From Dimargaris cristalligena (Eukaryota), in contig ML002425.1 in the NCBI GenBank assembly GCA_003614675.1, forward strand, positions 1 to 32,348: 32,348 bases of DNA. Reading direction: 5' to 3'. Shown here piece by piece: positions 12,344 through 25,346 of the stretch (position 1 is its first letter; each line of letters starts with the position of its first letter). Under the pieces are notes generated by a model. The model did no database searches. It had not been told where the DNA came from and was given only the letters and a program-made list of their open reading frames with translations. The translations under genes were made by a program, and so were the position numbers.

Positions 12344-12352
12344 TATATAATA
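12344..12352 (-). promoter_or_regulatory. Putative TATA box of the small secreted protein gene
   Basis: Minus-strand TATTATATA followed by a pyrimidine-rich leader towards ATG 12134. Confidence 0.4.
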
Positions 12353-13302
12353 CTGAGTAGGTTGGCGGTCCACGTCCACAGAAGAAGGGGGGCGACTAAC
12401 AAGACGTTGGTTCTTCGTGTTTCATTCAGCCGGTTTTCTTTGGGATCCATCAACGAAACTAGGAAGCCTTCCGATACACAAGTGCCATTTAGGGATGATT
12501 GGTTTGACTTAACGAGCCACCTGTAAAAAAACCAAAGATAGCGGACTCCATCTGTACCACCTACCAGCTTCTAAGAAAGCACTCAAGCGATATCTTCTCC
12601 CTGTGCTTTGCCGGATAATACTGGAAGCCTATTAAAAGAACGTATAAGGCCCCCAAAAAAGCATAGTCTATACAACCGGATATATAGAGTTGTTTCATTT
12701 CTGATGGACCATTATCCAGTTTTAGTGGCAGCCGGTCAAACTGCTTGTCGGAAAAGCAGTTAAACACCGATTACTCGTGGATAGCAAATATCCTACATCC
12801 CCAGCGATCACATAACATCCACAATTGCGGTGGCTCCGAAGGAATAATTTACGGCATAAATTTATGAACGGCCCTTTCTGATGCCTCATGATCATAAGAC
12901 CAATATGTATTTTACTTGATATGGGCGTTATTAAACAGCCTTCAATCCCCTAATTATTGGTATATCTCAGAAATGGGCTTTGATAATATTGATTAGTCAA
13001 TACACCCATTATCATGAGTCAGCCAGCCTAGCACTAGGTCTCTGGGATTCCACACCCCATCAAATTCGTGTATCAGTTGCTCCGCACATAATACCACCCC
13101 GAATTTTAACCGATCTTTGACTAGAAGAACTAATACATGTTTGTTTTAAAAATAAATGAAAAGATTGGCGAAAGTATTAGCAGTCCGTAACTTTGGAGCC
13201 CTTTAGGCGGGCGTAGTTTGGCCAGTTTTAACAATAGCACCTACATCACAGTCCAATCATCGTCATAAAGGCAAACCTCGAATGGTTTTACGAATACATA
13301 TT

Positions 13303-16300
13303 TTAGAGAGGCGCCGCCAGTTGTTTGCCAGACTGGGGACTAGGGGACACAAGGATTTCAAGGCCTATACCGGCAATCGCAAATATAACCTTCGCGCCAT
13401 TCTTTTCGTCGGTAATTTGATGGGTAATGGCGCAGGGGTCTACTACATTGGATAAACAGGACTGAACTATACTCGTTTGGAGCGTGGTGTGGCCGCGACT
13501 GCCCACCTCTTGCCAGGTCCACAGGATCATCCGTTGGTCCGTGGACGTAGTGACGATATGTTTCGGGTTAATCATCTCAAGACCGGTAATGGACGATGCG
13601 TGGGCATTAGAGGTCCGACTAATGGCCGCCACTTCGGGTAGATCCGAGGTAGCTGTGCCGGTGTTTAGCAGGGTTAATGCCAGCTGGTTGTCATCACCCC
13701 CGCTTGCAATAAGCAGCCGAGTCTCAGAAGTAGCCGATGCCTCGGTATATTGAACAACCCGCAGGGTATTCACCCCCGATTGGTGACTAGGTATTGTGAG
13801 CATGGGAGCCTCCATGACCAAAGGGACTGGATCCTCAGAGGAGGTTGGCGTGGTACCGCTGGTATGAGAATGAACATTCAAAAGAATAGCTTCAACACAG
13901 GTGCTCACGTCGAAAACACGAATCAGACCGTCGGTGGAGCCGGTTAGAAGCCAATGTTTATCTTGGCCGGGCTTCACTCTGCTAGGAACCGTAATTGATT
14001 CAACCGCCAGAGGGCAGTGCGTATGGTAACGCCTAGGCTCATGCGCAATGAGAAACATGCGCTGCTGAGCGGGAATGCACGCCCACAACCTCACTGTGGC
14101 GTCGGAATAGACGGCAGCAATTAACTGATAAGCGAGAGAGGACGAGGTCGAAGAATTTGCCGATTTGGGCAATTGGAGTACCGAGATATCCATGATTCGC
14201 ACGCCGTTATCAGGACCTGTGGTAGCAATAGCCATTTCGAGACAGTTGAGAGACGAATGGAGGGCGGTATCGGAGTTTCCATCACGGCCACATAGCTGCG
14301 GCGTTTTCGAAGTCACCTGCCAGCACCGTAGTTCTTCACAGCCACCGGCCGTAAACAAATACCGATCATCACCCACTGAATGTGATAACCACGGTAATAA
14401 ATAATAGTAAATCAAATAATAATAAACAATCCATGGTTAATACATTTAAAATAAATACGGCGTCTAACACCGCCTAACAACTGCTTCGATACTCTATGCC
14501 ACATTACTAATAAAGAAACCTCTTCCTTACCTTGGTTCCAGGCCAGACATTTAAGAACTGACGAATGCCGCTTCACTTGGAAAAGGGGTACGGCATTTAC
14601 TACTGGAGTGGATGCGCTACGGTGAGAGTCAATTTGGGATATACGGAGTTGCCCATCCTCACCTCCAGAGGCAACCAGAGGCAGCTCACCCTTACGGGCC
14701 GGTGCGAAAGCGAGACAGCGAATCTCCCGCCCATGTCCTCCTTCTTGGATTAAGGCCGGTCGGCGGGTGGTGGCTACTCCGGATTCGGTTTTGGTAGCGG
14801 GGGTAGCGGTGAAGTAGGCGTGGATCGCATCCCGCCGGAAGAATAAGAAAACGGCGCGGTCCAGGCGTGCATCTGCTGTGTGGAAATACCACCGGCGGTG
14901 GGCCCCCCCACAATTCACCGACAATTGGTCGTACTGGTGGGTGTAATTGTACACGGTAAACCGGCGACGGTAAAACACCGAAGCCAGAAGTTGTTGGTCC
15001 AGTAAAACGAGCCCCTCGATCCAGCCTTTGGTGATCTTCGTACGATGTTCTAGAATTAATTCAAGGTAATGGCAAGGTGAGCCGGGGGATATGTCCGATG
15101 CTAACTTAGGACATAGTGGGCACTCAATTCGCTGCACGGGCGAGGCCAAGTTCAATACCACAGTGGTCCATGGTTCGGCAGAGTCAGGGGTTGGTTGTGA
15201 AGCAGAGGCTCTTTGGTGATCTGGCATGTTCGTAAGCGGGCCCGTTCGCAGCCGAAGCTGACGGACCGCTCCATCCCGCCCCCCGCTGTAAACCGTGACC
15301 CATCGGCTGCCGGGGGTCGTGGCCGTAGTTTTAGATTCGTCTTCGGGAAGATCTTCACCATCGGACATATCACTGTCGACGGTATCACCTTCGACCACCG
15401 CAGTAGTGGATGTGGAACTATTTGCATCGTGAGGCGCAATGAATACACTGGTGACAGCGTCCTTGCCGTGCAAGCGGCGTATGTTTAAGCACGGCCGTAA
15501 TTGAAGCACTGTTTTAGGGTCTTTAGCAGTGGAACACCGATCAATAGACTCGGGTCGGAGTGCGGAGGGAAGACTGTACACCACCAGGGCTCCTTGGCGG
15601 GATCCCAATAACAATAAACCAGTCGTATAGTCGAGGGCAAAACTAATGGGTAGCGTATTCGAAGGGAGAATTACATGGGCCATTAAAGTGAGAGTCGCAG
15701 GAGAGGATAGGTTCAAACGAAGCCATTGGGCAGGCTGATTGAGTACGAGGGCGAAGATATCAATCTGAGTGGGGTCATTCGAGGACGTTTGGACATTTAG
15801 GTCAAAGATCTGTTGACCAGGGACAACAGGGAGTCGAAGGACATTCCAGTGGCTATCCTGGGAGTCCTGGCGATAATATACCAGGGCCGTGCCTTGGATG
15901 GTTCCACAGACCACTACGCGGCCGTCCCGACTAGAGGCCAGCATGGCATAGCCGGCAATTTCCGGCTCATACGCCACGAGTGACCAAAGCCGAGTGATGT
16001 AGCTGTAGTGGAGCAGATAACCATAATGGGAGGCCACCACCATGGCCCGATCAGGCACATAAGTGAAATTCCGGATAAAATCGGGTCTAAGCGTGCGGAC
16101 GTCGTGGGGAGTGGTCTGATAAGTGGCGAGGGCCGGCAATTCAATAGGGGCTTGCTGATAATCCGCCGAGTCGGCCCCGACGAGTCGCTGCCGAACACTG
16201 GCCAATGACCACAGGCGAATACCACCGTCGCCGCCGCCGGTGGCCACCCACGACTGGGTCGGATCAACGGCCACACCCCAAATACTCTTACCCAGATGAC

Positions 16301-17535
16301 CGCGCCAGCAGGCCAGGGAGCGCGGCTCCTGGTCCTCGGCCTGAAACTGGTTCGGGTCGAAACTCCATACGCGACACGTTGAGTCTTCCGAAATACTGAC
16401 CAAGAGATCAGATAGAATCAGACAATCCCAGACCCGAGCGGTGTGACCGAACAAGGTGACCGGCTGGACCGGTTTAGAGAGCTTATGGGGGTCATCAGCG
16501 GAGGGAAGTCGCCAAACTCGGACGGTCCGATCGTCCGATACAGAAGTCACAATTGACCCATCCGCGCTGAACCGCATACCGAAGATGACCCCTTCATGAC
16601 CCGCTAGGATGTATTCAACGGGGGGCCCCTCGGGGATGGACAAGTGAGTGTTGGAGAGGATCCGCCAGATAAGTACCTGATTAAAAACGGTCCCTGACGC
16701 TAAGCGCAGAGTAGACCGGGCATGGCCAAAAAATCGGGCCGCGTAGATAATGGCCTGCACGGAGCACTGGATCCGGTAGACCGGTTTCCCGGCGAGATCC
16801 TGGACGGAATAGATGGACACGTAGTTATGGGCAAAAGCCAGAGCTAGTTCGACGGGCTCATCCGAGTTGGGCGCAAACAGCCATTGCGTATCGTGGATCC
16901 AGTCTTCGAACTGGTAAATGGGGGCCGGAATGGAGACACTAAGGGGTGAATTGAGGAGCGGGCCAGGTGTTCGGGATAGTTCGACGATTCGTAGGGATTT
17001 GGCACCATAGACGGCCACGGTCCAGCGAGTCCGGTCACTATTCTCAACCAGGGCCAACCCGTGGATTCGAGTGCTCCCGAGAATATTGATATTAAATAAA
17101 TACCGTTCCGTTTGCGTATCGAAGCAGCGCAGATAGGGACCTGTACCAATCAATAGCCAGTCCTCGGTGAGGAAACGCAAGCTGGTAACCGGTCCGAGAA
17201 AGGCTAGCGACTGGAAGGCATCCTTCTCTCCGTCGAGGGGGTTAGAACGAAGCACGCAGGTCTATTGGCCGAGGATATTTAAAGGGATAATATATTTAAA
17301 CAGGTACCAGATAGGTATTAGACAGGTAGGTCTGTTAAAGGCATTAATACATACAACTATGGTAGTAATTTAGCCGCCCAGGTCGTGGGACTTCTTTCTT
17401 AGAAAAGCAACTGGCCATTATTTTTCCTAGACAAAGGTTAGGAGGGGGAGAGGTCAAACAGTAAGCAGCAATGCTTCCACTATGCCCGGATCCCAGGTGT
17501 TTGGGTATGGCATCCTTGAGGTTGAAACCTACCAT
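13303..17535 (-). CDS. RTT10: WD40-repeat protein WDR6/Rtt10 (Trm734) family, ~1270 aa; exons (17535-17533 tentative), 17261-14531, 14375-13303
   Basis: N-terminal GPVTSL..LLIGTGP and motifs LASGTVFNQV, GHEGVIF, SVSDDRTVRVW, GHTARVWD, CGGAHRRW, HGREIR, HQSGVN, SGGDDN and AHASSITG are typical of WDR6. Intron 14530-14376 (GTAAGG...CAG) joins the two ORFs in frame. The ATG-only first exon is tentative. Confidence 0.88.
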
Positions 17536-17858
17536 ATCCGTAAGGAAATGCACCGGTCGAATTTTAAGCGTATACCTCGCTGGGCTTAAATGAGTAACGA
17601 GTGTTTTAAAAGCTCGGCGGTTGGAGTCGTCCAAGGGAATGAGTGAACTAAGAACAAAGCAAACTATTTACAGAAACCTAAGGAACTTGTGCGAATGCTC
17701 CCGATGCGCTCGAACCATGCTCTATTCGGTTACGGGGTCATCGAGTCGAATTCTCGGGCTTGTTGGACAATGGCCAATGTCCCCGAACTTGGGGAAGGGG
17801 TGTGGGGGTTTGTCATACGAGGGGTATGGCAATTATAGTGCGTCGAGGATGATTTAAA

Positions 17859-17870
17859 TGACTCACGTGA
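17859..17870. promoter_or_regulatory. Overlapping TGACTCA (AP-1/Gcn4-type) and TCACGTGA (bHLH E-box) motifs in the divergent RTT10-YTM1 promoter
   Basis: Sequence TGACTCACGTGA lies roughly midway between the two divergent starts. Function is inferred from known consensus motifs. Confidence 0.45.
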
Positions 17871-18274
17871 CTATACATTCCGAATTAACTTCTAGTCTTC
17901 TGGTGGTCAACTAACTGTGAGGAAAGTCTGGAAGTGCCACTGGCACTATTTTACTGAAAGACACGATTAGCAAAAAAAATAAAAAAGGAGGAAGTATTGC
18001 TTAGGAGATAAAACCAATAATTTGACTAAACCACTCTACTGTATTTGCCATGGCGAATGTATAGTTTAGTTTACAAACTCCAGACCCACTTGACCTTACA
18101 ATATATATTTTTACTACCCTATTGAAAGGCCAATTTGAGATTCAAGTCGCATTAAGTATATACATATCTCTCTTTACCGCCCGACTCGATTACCCAGCCG
18201 GGACTACCCATTTCTCCACCACGTTTACCTCTTCAAAACACCCATACTTTCTCCATAGAGCCCATTCTCCTGCC

Positions 18275-19876
18275 ATGTCGACCCAGGAATCCCAGGTTCA
18301 GGTCCGCTTCGTGACCAAAAGCGCGAAGTACACCGTGCCCGATGTGCCGCTTCTGGTGCCCATTGTACTCAAACGCGACGGCTTATCGGAGCTAGTGAAC
18401 TTCTTGCTCAAATTAGAGACCCCCGTTCCGTTCCAATTCCTGGCTGGGGGTCAGCTTCTGCGTACCAGTCTGGCGTCCTTTATCAAATCGCAGCCCGATT
18501 TGTCGGCGGAAAATATTCTCGAAATTGAGTATATTGAATCCATGGTGCCGCCCAAGCGGGTATCCGAATACAAGGTTGACGACTGGATCAGCCAAGTGTG
18601 CACAGCCGCTAATGGGTAAGTATAAGTGACCTTCTCTATTTTGATTATGGCAATGCCCATAATTTAACCCAAACATTCCACGCCCACACCCGTGCTACTC
18701 GATAAAATATATCCTCTTCTTGAAGCTGGACTTGGCTGCCTATTGCATACTAACCTTCCAGCCATGTATTATCTGCGATTCCCTTTCACTCCCATTAGTG
18801 CGGTTTTGGTAGGCTGCTACGACGGTACGGCCAAGGTCTATGACCAGAGTTGCCAGCTCATGTACAACCTGGCGGCCCATCGGTCGGCGGTCAAGGCCGT
18901 CGCCTGGATGCACAGCAATGCCAAAGACTGGCAGGCCCCCCAAACGACGTTCCTTACCGGTTCCCAGGACTGCTCCATCATGGGCTGGTCCCTTAACCAA
19001 ACTACCCCTACAGCCGGTGACGTAACCGCGACGAACGAAAAGGGCCCCGAGCCCTCACTTCAGGCCCGCCCGGCCTTTGAATGCCTGGGCCATACAGGAA
19101 GCATTGAGTCTATCAGTGCGAACCGAAGCGGCACGCAGTTTGCTAGTGCGAGTTCGGATGGTACTATCAAGCTGTGGTCCACACGCGAACATTCGGGCAA
19201 GTCCCAGGCCACGGGTGGCGAGAATGAGTCTGACGAAGAAAACGAAGACGCCGAGGACGATACCGAATTCTTTGAAGTCAACGAGACGAAGCGTCGCAAG
19301 CTGAACGGATCCGCCATACCGCTGAAACGCGCCCTCTGTTCGCTCGTGGGCCACAACGGGGCCGTCAATACGGTGTGCTACAACACTCAGGACGAGCGAT
19401 TCCTGTACAGCGGTGGGTTCGACTACTCCCTGCGGACCTGGGACGCCGAACGCCGGGTGAACCTGAACACGCGCCCGGGAGATAAGGTCATTCTGGACCT
19501 GGCCTATTCGGGTCTGTCGCACCTCATCGCGACCGCCAATGCGGACCGTCTGATTCGGTTGTGGGATACCCGCGTCCAGGAAGGCGAGCCCGGCGTCAAA
19601 TTAACCCTGTCGGGCCACCGGGCCTGGGTATCGGCCGTGGATTGGTCCCCTACCTCCCCGTTCATGTTGGCGAGTGCCTCGCACGATGGTACAGTCAAAA
19701 TATGGGATGTGCGTAGCCCCACTGCGTCTCTCTACACGGTTAATCCGGCTGCCCAAGATATGGAGGAGAGTGGGTCCCGCAAGGGTCAGAAACTATTGAC
19801 CGTAGACTGGTCCGGTAGCACGCTTGCTAGCGGTGGTGAGGAGGGTGTGTTGCGGTTAACCTCGGTGGAATATTAA
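18275..19876 (+). CDS. YTM1: Ribosome biogenesis protein Ytm1/WDR12, 472 aa; exons 18275-18615, 18799-19876
   Basis: N-terminal NLE/ubiquitin-like domain (QVQVRFVTK...LSELVNFLL...PFQFL...LRTSL...SAENILEIEY), DDWIS, GCYDG and WD40 repeats ending WDVRS. Intron GTAAGT...TAG joins in frame. Confidence 0.93.
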
Positions 19877-20246
19877 ATCCGCCCATCTATAATCTCACTT
19901 TTCGCTTCTAAAAAATTATTTCTACTGGGCATTTTGGTTTTGCCTGCCTTCTTTTTGCCGCATTCCATGTTAGTACGATCGGTTTATTTTCAATAAAAAT
20001 TGAATGGTTACTTTGCTTTGCTTTGATTCAATTTGGTTTTTATTACTCATTTATCAATTATTATTATTATTTTGGGGGGGAAGGGGTTACCCCATTTTAG
20101 GGGTAGACATCAGTTGAAATCCGTGATATTGAAAATACCGAACAGTCTAGTCGTAGGACTCGCCGAGTTATACATTAAACTGGGTGCAGTGATGTTACAA
20201 AAGGAAACTACTTTTAGTCAATAGCATTAAAAATCTGCCAGTTTTT

Positions 20247-21335
20247 CTAAAAAGAGGCCGTCTCTTCGCCATTAAAGTGCTTGTGCAGCACTAAGTTCAG
20301 TCGACTGGCCTGCTCTAAGGGCAATACGTGACCGGAGCCGGAGAACACTAAAATAGGTGCCGCAAGATGGGATGCCAGATCCAGCGAGTCAACTGGGGGC
20401 ACCATTCGGTCATCAGTGCCGGTGAGCACCAGGCAGCGGATCCGGGGGTGTTTACTCAGGGGTTCGAGGCAAGCGGCGCTGGTCGAGTGACGCAGACAGG
20501 CCGATAGTTGGCCAAGAAACCCGTTGAACGTTTGGAGACGGGCAAACGGAGTGCGGATACGGCCCCCTTCGCGAACAAAGTCCAAGTTAGTCCGTACGCG
20601 ATTGGGGGGGTAGTCCGGGTCGACGGCCGAAGACTGGTACGGCTGTTCGAGCCATTTGGACGGAAACAGCAGAGAATTGGCCAGGTGGAATTTGGCCTCT
20701 AGGTCCTGGGTAAAGGCGAGTTTGAGAAATAGGTACATGGTGCTCCAGGGGAACAGGACACGGCCGGGGGTGGTGCTCAGAAAGGCAAAAGTACTAAACC
20801 GGTCCAAGTCGGCCACTCTGGCCAATTCCTGGATAATCATGCCGCCCAAACTAACCCCCACGACATGGACATCACTGCGCCAGTCCAAATGGTCGAGGAG
20901 GGCTAGCGTGTCGTAGGCCATGGCTTGGCTAGTGTAGAGCCCACTCGGGGTATCCGACCAGCCGGTGCCCCGGTTATCGAAAAGCAGGAGGGTATACTCT
21001 TCCCCATTGGTCGAAGCGTTGGCTCCAGTGAAATGCTTAATTTGCTGTTCCCAGGACACCAGGCCCATTCCGAATCCACCTACGAAAATGGCCCGTTTGG
21101 GACCGCGACCATGCACCTCGTAGTAAAGTCGGAACTTCTCGGGCGGGGAGCTTGACTCGACGGCCGGGTGGTGGATAGCCGGGTCTACGGTGAAGTAACC
21201 CTGCTTTTGGAGCGAATCAATGAAAAGCACTTGGGGTAGACGGGGCAGAAGCGGTTCGGAGCCGGCCTCCATCTCGGTTGGGTCCGGAATCAGTTCCTCG
21301 TGGTCCCGGTCACCGGGGCGGTTAGAATGTGCCAT
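20247..21335 (-). CDS. Alpha/beta-fold hydrolase (362 aa)
   Basis: LYYEVHGRGP, FDNRGTGWSD, nucleophile elbow GVSLGG, acid residue in TGTDD and His in GSGHVL. Single exon. Confidence 0.9.
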   Translation of the reverse strand: MAHSNRPGDRDHEELIPDPTEMEAGSEPLLPRLPQVLFIDSLQKQGYFTVDPAIHHPAVESSSPPEKFRLYYEVHGRGPKRAIFVGGFGMGLVSWEQQIKHFTGANASTNGEEYTLLLFDNRGTGWSDTPSGLYTSQAMAYDTLALLDHLDWRSDVHVVGVSLGGMIIQELARVADLDRFSTFAFLSTTPGRVLFPWSTMYLFLKLAFTQDLEAKFHLANSLLFPSKWLEQPYQSSAVDPDYPPNRVRTNLDFVREGGRIRTPFARLQTFNGFLGQLSACLRHSTSAACLEPLSKHPRIRCLVLTGTDDRMVPPVDSLDLASHLAAPILVFSGSGHVLPLEQASRLNLVLHKHFNGEETASF

Positions 21336-21722
21336 TCGGAGTAGTTGACGGGGTTACGGTTGGGTCTGACGATAGGGTGTGGATAGGCAATCACGGGGAA
21401 ATAAGGGGAAGCGATAAAGGCCTCCTGAAATAGCGGAGTGGTTGGTAACAGAGCTGCGGGAACGTCTAACTCTATTAAATAGCTAAGTAGCCCATACTCG
21501 TTGCTCAAAAGAAGCGTAGTAAACAGTGGATACTGTAGCGGGGTAGGCCGGCTTGGCGACCCTAAGAATAGGGGGGCGGATACAGACGACTGCGTCATAC
21601 CCTATAATGTGGGCATAGAGTCCAGGGAAATTAGGTGCTAAAATGCCCAGAAGAGTTGTCATGCGCATATACAATTAAGAACCACTCAGGTGATTTGATA
21701 GGAAGGGCTTCACATGCATATA

Positions 21723-21760
21723 ACGGCCGCGGTCAATTAATGCGCGCAATAAGCGGCCGT
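21723..21760. promoter_or_regulatory. GC-rich inverted repeat in the divergent hydrolase-PEX1 promoter
   Basis: ACGGCCGC (21723-30) and GCGGCCGT (21753-60) flank a spacer containing the palindrome TGCGCGCA. Confidence 0.35.
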
Positions 21761-22160
21761 GGCAGAATAAGGGAGGAAGTGTTGTAAAGCCATGAGAAAA
21801 GAATTTGCACTAAAGCCCTCAGCAGAAGCCAAGTCAATAGCAGAGGCAGTGACTGTGAACGCCTTCACGGCATCAGTATGCTAGTTGCCTGTGGTGGTCC
21901 CAACAGAACAGTAAAGTCCACTCGGTTTCAGCTGCTTCCGTTGACTATAATATATCCTGTTTTCCGCCCAGTTGACTTTTCAAGGTATTCTTGACTTATT
22001 CCCACCTGGCTTGGTGTGCTTTCTCGCTTTTCTCTATCGTTTGCATTGCCTCTTTATATTCAGCCAGACCACACCCACCTCGTTCAGCAACGCTCAAAAG
22101 GCAGTACACCCAGTGATTCCCTACCCACCCTTCTCCGGACCTAACCTATTTTACTCCGCC

Positions 22161-25100
22161 ATGTCCGAACGCGCGACTGTTCATTTATCCCCCCTGCGCA
22201 CCTGCTTTGTCAATTTGCCTCCTGAATGGACTCAGCATTTATGGGAAAGCAGAATTGTCAAGGTAAGCGCACCAGGTCTGCCTTGTTTCGAAGTGCATTC
22301 TCTTCTGGGTCACCATGAACCCTGAGTGGGCCCCAAGTCACAGTCTTGGGCCGAACCCGAGCCTCCCGAATACAGGTTCTCCGTATCCCCCCCATTGCTC
22401 ATATATCGGCCACTAACCCACACATACCCTCATTTACATTGACATTATGTCCCCCACACCCCCTTCCTCACACGCCCCAAGACGGTGGGTCCCTTTGCGG
22501 CCACGTTCAGATTGAGCTGGGAGGTCCACCAGCTTCAGCCGGAAACTGGCGCCAGCGAAAAAGTAACCCGGTCCGCCCTCGTTAGCTGGTCGGGGCATAG
22601 CAGCCAGGCGGCGGGGTCTACGGCCCCCGACCCCGCCACCTGGTCCGCTAAGGATCATTCCCCCCACACGATTGAGATTGACACGGCGTTGGGTAAAGAA
22701 CTCGGCCTGACCTCGGGGGTTCAGGTAAATGTGACCCTCGTGGCCAATATTCCGCCTTGCCGGAGTGCCGAGGTCGAGCCGTTGGATAGCGACGACTGGG
22801 AGATCATTGAGCTTAACGCCGGCTTGATTGAAGAAACCCTGCTAACCCAGGTCCGACTGATTTCCGAACACCAACCCATCACGTTCTGGGTCAACCACTC
22901 GACCGTCATTCGGCTTCGTACCAGTAAGTCGGCCTTTAACTTAGTAATTGGGAAGGAACCGGCCTTAATCCAAATGTGCAGTGTCTGTAGTCACACGCGC
23001 CATTTATAGCCGCTAGCTTATCAATCTCCAAACCATGTAAATGTATTCCCTTATCTATGTCTACTCTCCCTCAGAACACATTCAACCCGAGAGCCCTTAC
23101 GCTCTTTTAGGCCACGACTCCGAAATTGCCATTGCGCCGAAGGTCCGCCGTCCAAGGGCCCCAACCGCCGCACCCGAAAACACCGACCCCGACCAAATCT
23201 TTTTAGATCGCTGTTTAGTATGTAAGGCCCTGGATTTCCAACCCAACCCGGAGATCAGTACCGGTCCAATTAGGCCAGGAGAAAACTCCTCCAAGTTAAC
23301 CGACAGTGAGGTAAACCTAGCCAACCCTCTAGCATTCGACACGATACACGTGCATCCGTCCTGTCTCCGGCTATTCGGCCCGACTGCCACGCTCAAGTCA
23401 CGCGTCTTTCAAGTAACCCCCGGTAAACGGCCGCGGATAGTTCTGGGATCGAGTGATTTGCCGGCCCTTTGCCACGTTTACCTGGTTCCGGACTCTATGG
23501 TAGAGCCCTTCTACGCGGCCATCCCACCGGCGGTGAAAACTACACTGGGAATCAATCGTCTGGATGAAATCAAAATCCGACTGGCCCGCTCCCTTTCTCC
23601 GCCTGTACCCTCGTCGATCAGCATAACCCCTGTACCGTTAGCAGATGATGGTGCCGCGGTGGGGAAAGTCGCCAGTACAACCCTTGATTACACCGGCCTA
23701 ACCGACTGGTTTAAAAGCAAGTTATTAACTATGGCGCAGGACCGCGAAAACGATCCAATTCTGACGGATGGTCAGATTATTGACTGTAGCCAGGATTATG
23801 GTCGGCTAGCATTACACATATCCCTTGACGGCCCGAATGGTGATCACAAACGTCCTGGAATCAATAATCGATCACTGGGAATCCCGCCCGACGACGAAAC
23901 CGACATTAATAAACTTGACCGGCCATACATCGTTTTCGACACTCGGGGTATTGAGCAGTTGGATATCCGCCTCAGTACTTCTACGGAGGACCTGTTACCG
24001 CTATCCCCGGGGCCCCTGTCGGCACCGATGTCACCCCCGCATTTAGGGGGTATCGATTCGTTTCTCTCTGATTGCCAGCATTATTTGGAGAAAGCCTACG
24101 AACTAAAACAGCCAGCGGTGACGGTTAGCTGCCCCGATGCCCCCCTGGGCCTTCTTGTGTGTGGCCGTGCAGGGGCGGGTAAGACCTCGGTGTGCCAATG
24201 GCTCGCTTATCATTTAACAGGTCCACAGAGTAGCCAGCCACTACTGGATCATGTCTGGATTGACTGTCGAGATATGGGTCAACACCAACCTGCACCAAGT
24301 GGCGACGACGGTCGCCCCCCACCGCCGCTGTCCCCGATGGCCGATCTGAAACTTAATTTTGAACATGCCGTTCAGCGATCCCCCACGCTTATCGTACTAG
24401 ATAATTTAGATACCCTGCTACCCGCTGTCACGGAACTCGGGGAGGGGAACGCAAGTGTGTCATCCACCGCCAACAATGCGGCGGAGACATTTATCGTCAT
24501 GGTATCCGATGCGGCCCGTCGCCATTCATTCCTCCTACTAGCCTCCGCCCACGACAAGCCCCGCCTGCACAAACGAGTTACCACATCCTCGGTATTTAGC
24601 AAAGCGATCGAGATTCCACCACCCAGCCGACTGCAACGGCGGGATATTCTGGCGGCACTACTCGAGGGACCGCGCTTCACAGCCATCCGGGACACCGTGG
24701 CTTTGGCCCCTGAGGTGGATCTGTTGGATTTGGCGTACCGGACGGAGGGGTACCTACCCCAGGACATGAAGGCCCTACTTGATCGAAGCTACCGAGAAGC
24801 CACTGTGCGGTACGCCCAGCAACAGTCAGGCGGAGTGAAACAGGCCCTTCCCGGAAGACCGCACCACCAGTATGGCAATAGCCGAAAGTCGCGCAAGAAT
24901 AACACCGGGGATAAGCCAAACCAAACCGGAACCACAGGTATACAGGTCACGATGGTCGACTTTGAAAAGACTCTCAAGGGCTATACTCCGTCGTCGCTGA
25001 AAGGCGTAACCCTACATAAATCCGATGTGCAGTGGAAGGACATTGGGGGGCTGTGGGAAACGAAACAGGCCCTTATTGAAACCCTTGAACTGCCGGCCAA

Positions 25101-25311
25101 GTTCGCCAAAATCTTTGACAAATGCCCGCTCCGTCTCCGATCCGGGTAAGTAATGGCTATATCTATATTAATTTATTTTACAATAGTGGTGGTTTCGATA
25201 TTCAAGTGGATGAGTAAGGTTATCTGGGAACATACCTTGAGCAATGTTCTGTTTGGAATCCCACCATACCATTACTAATACCGCGTTGCCTGCTATGGAT
25301 TATGGATTTCC

Positions 25312-25346
<35 letters not shown>

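Noticed and set aside
12561-12767. 68-aa minus-strand ORF
   Set aside because: Non-ATG start, no motif, and no splice partner identified.
17700-17760. GGTTCGAGC B-box-like motif on the minus strand
   Set aside because: No T-arm stem or cloverleaf can be formed, so not a tRNA.
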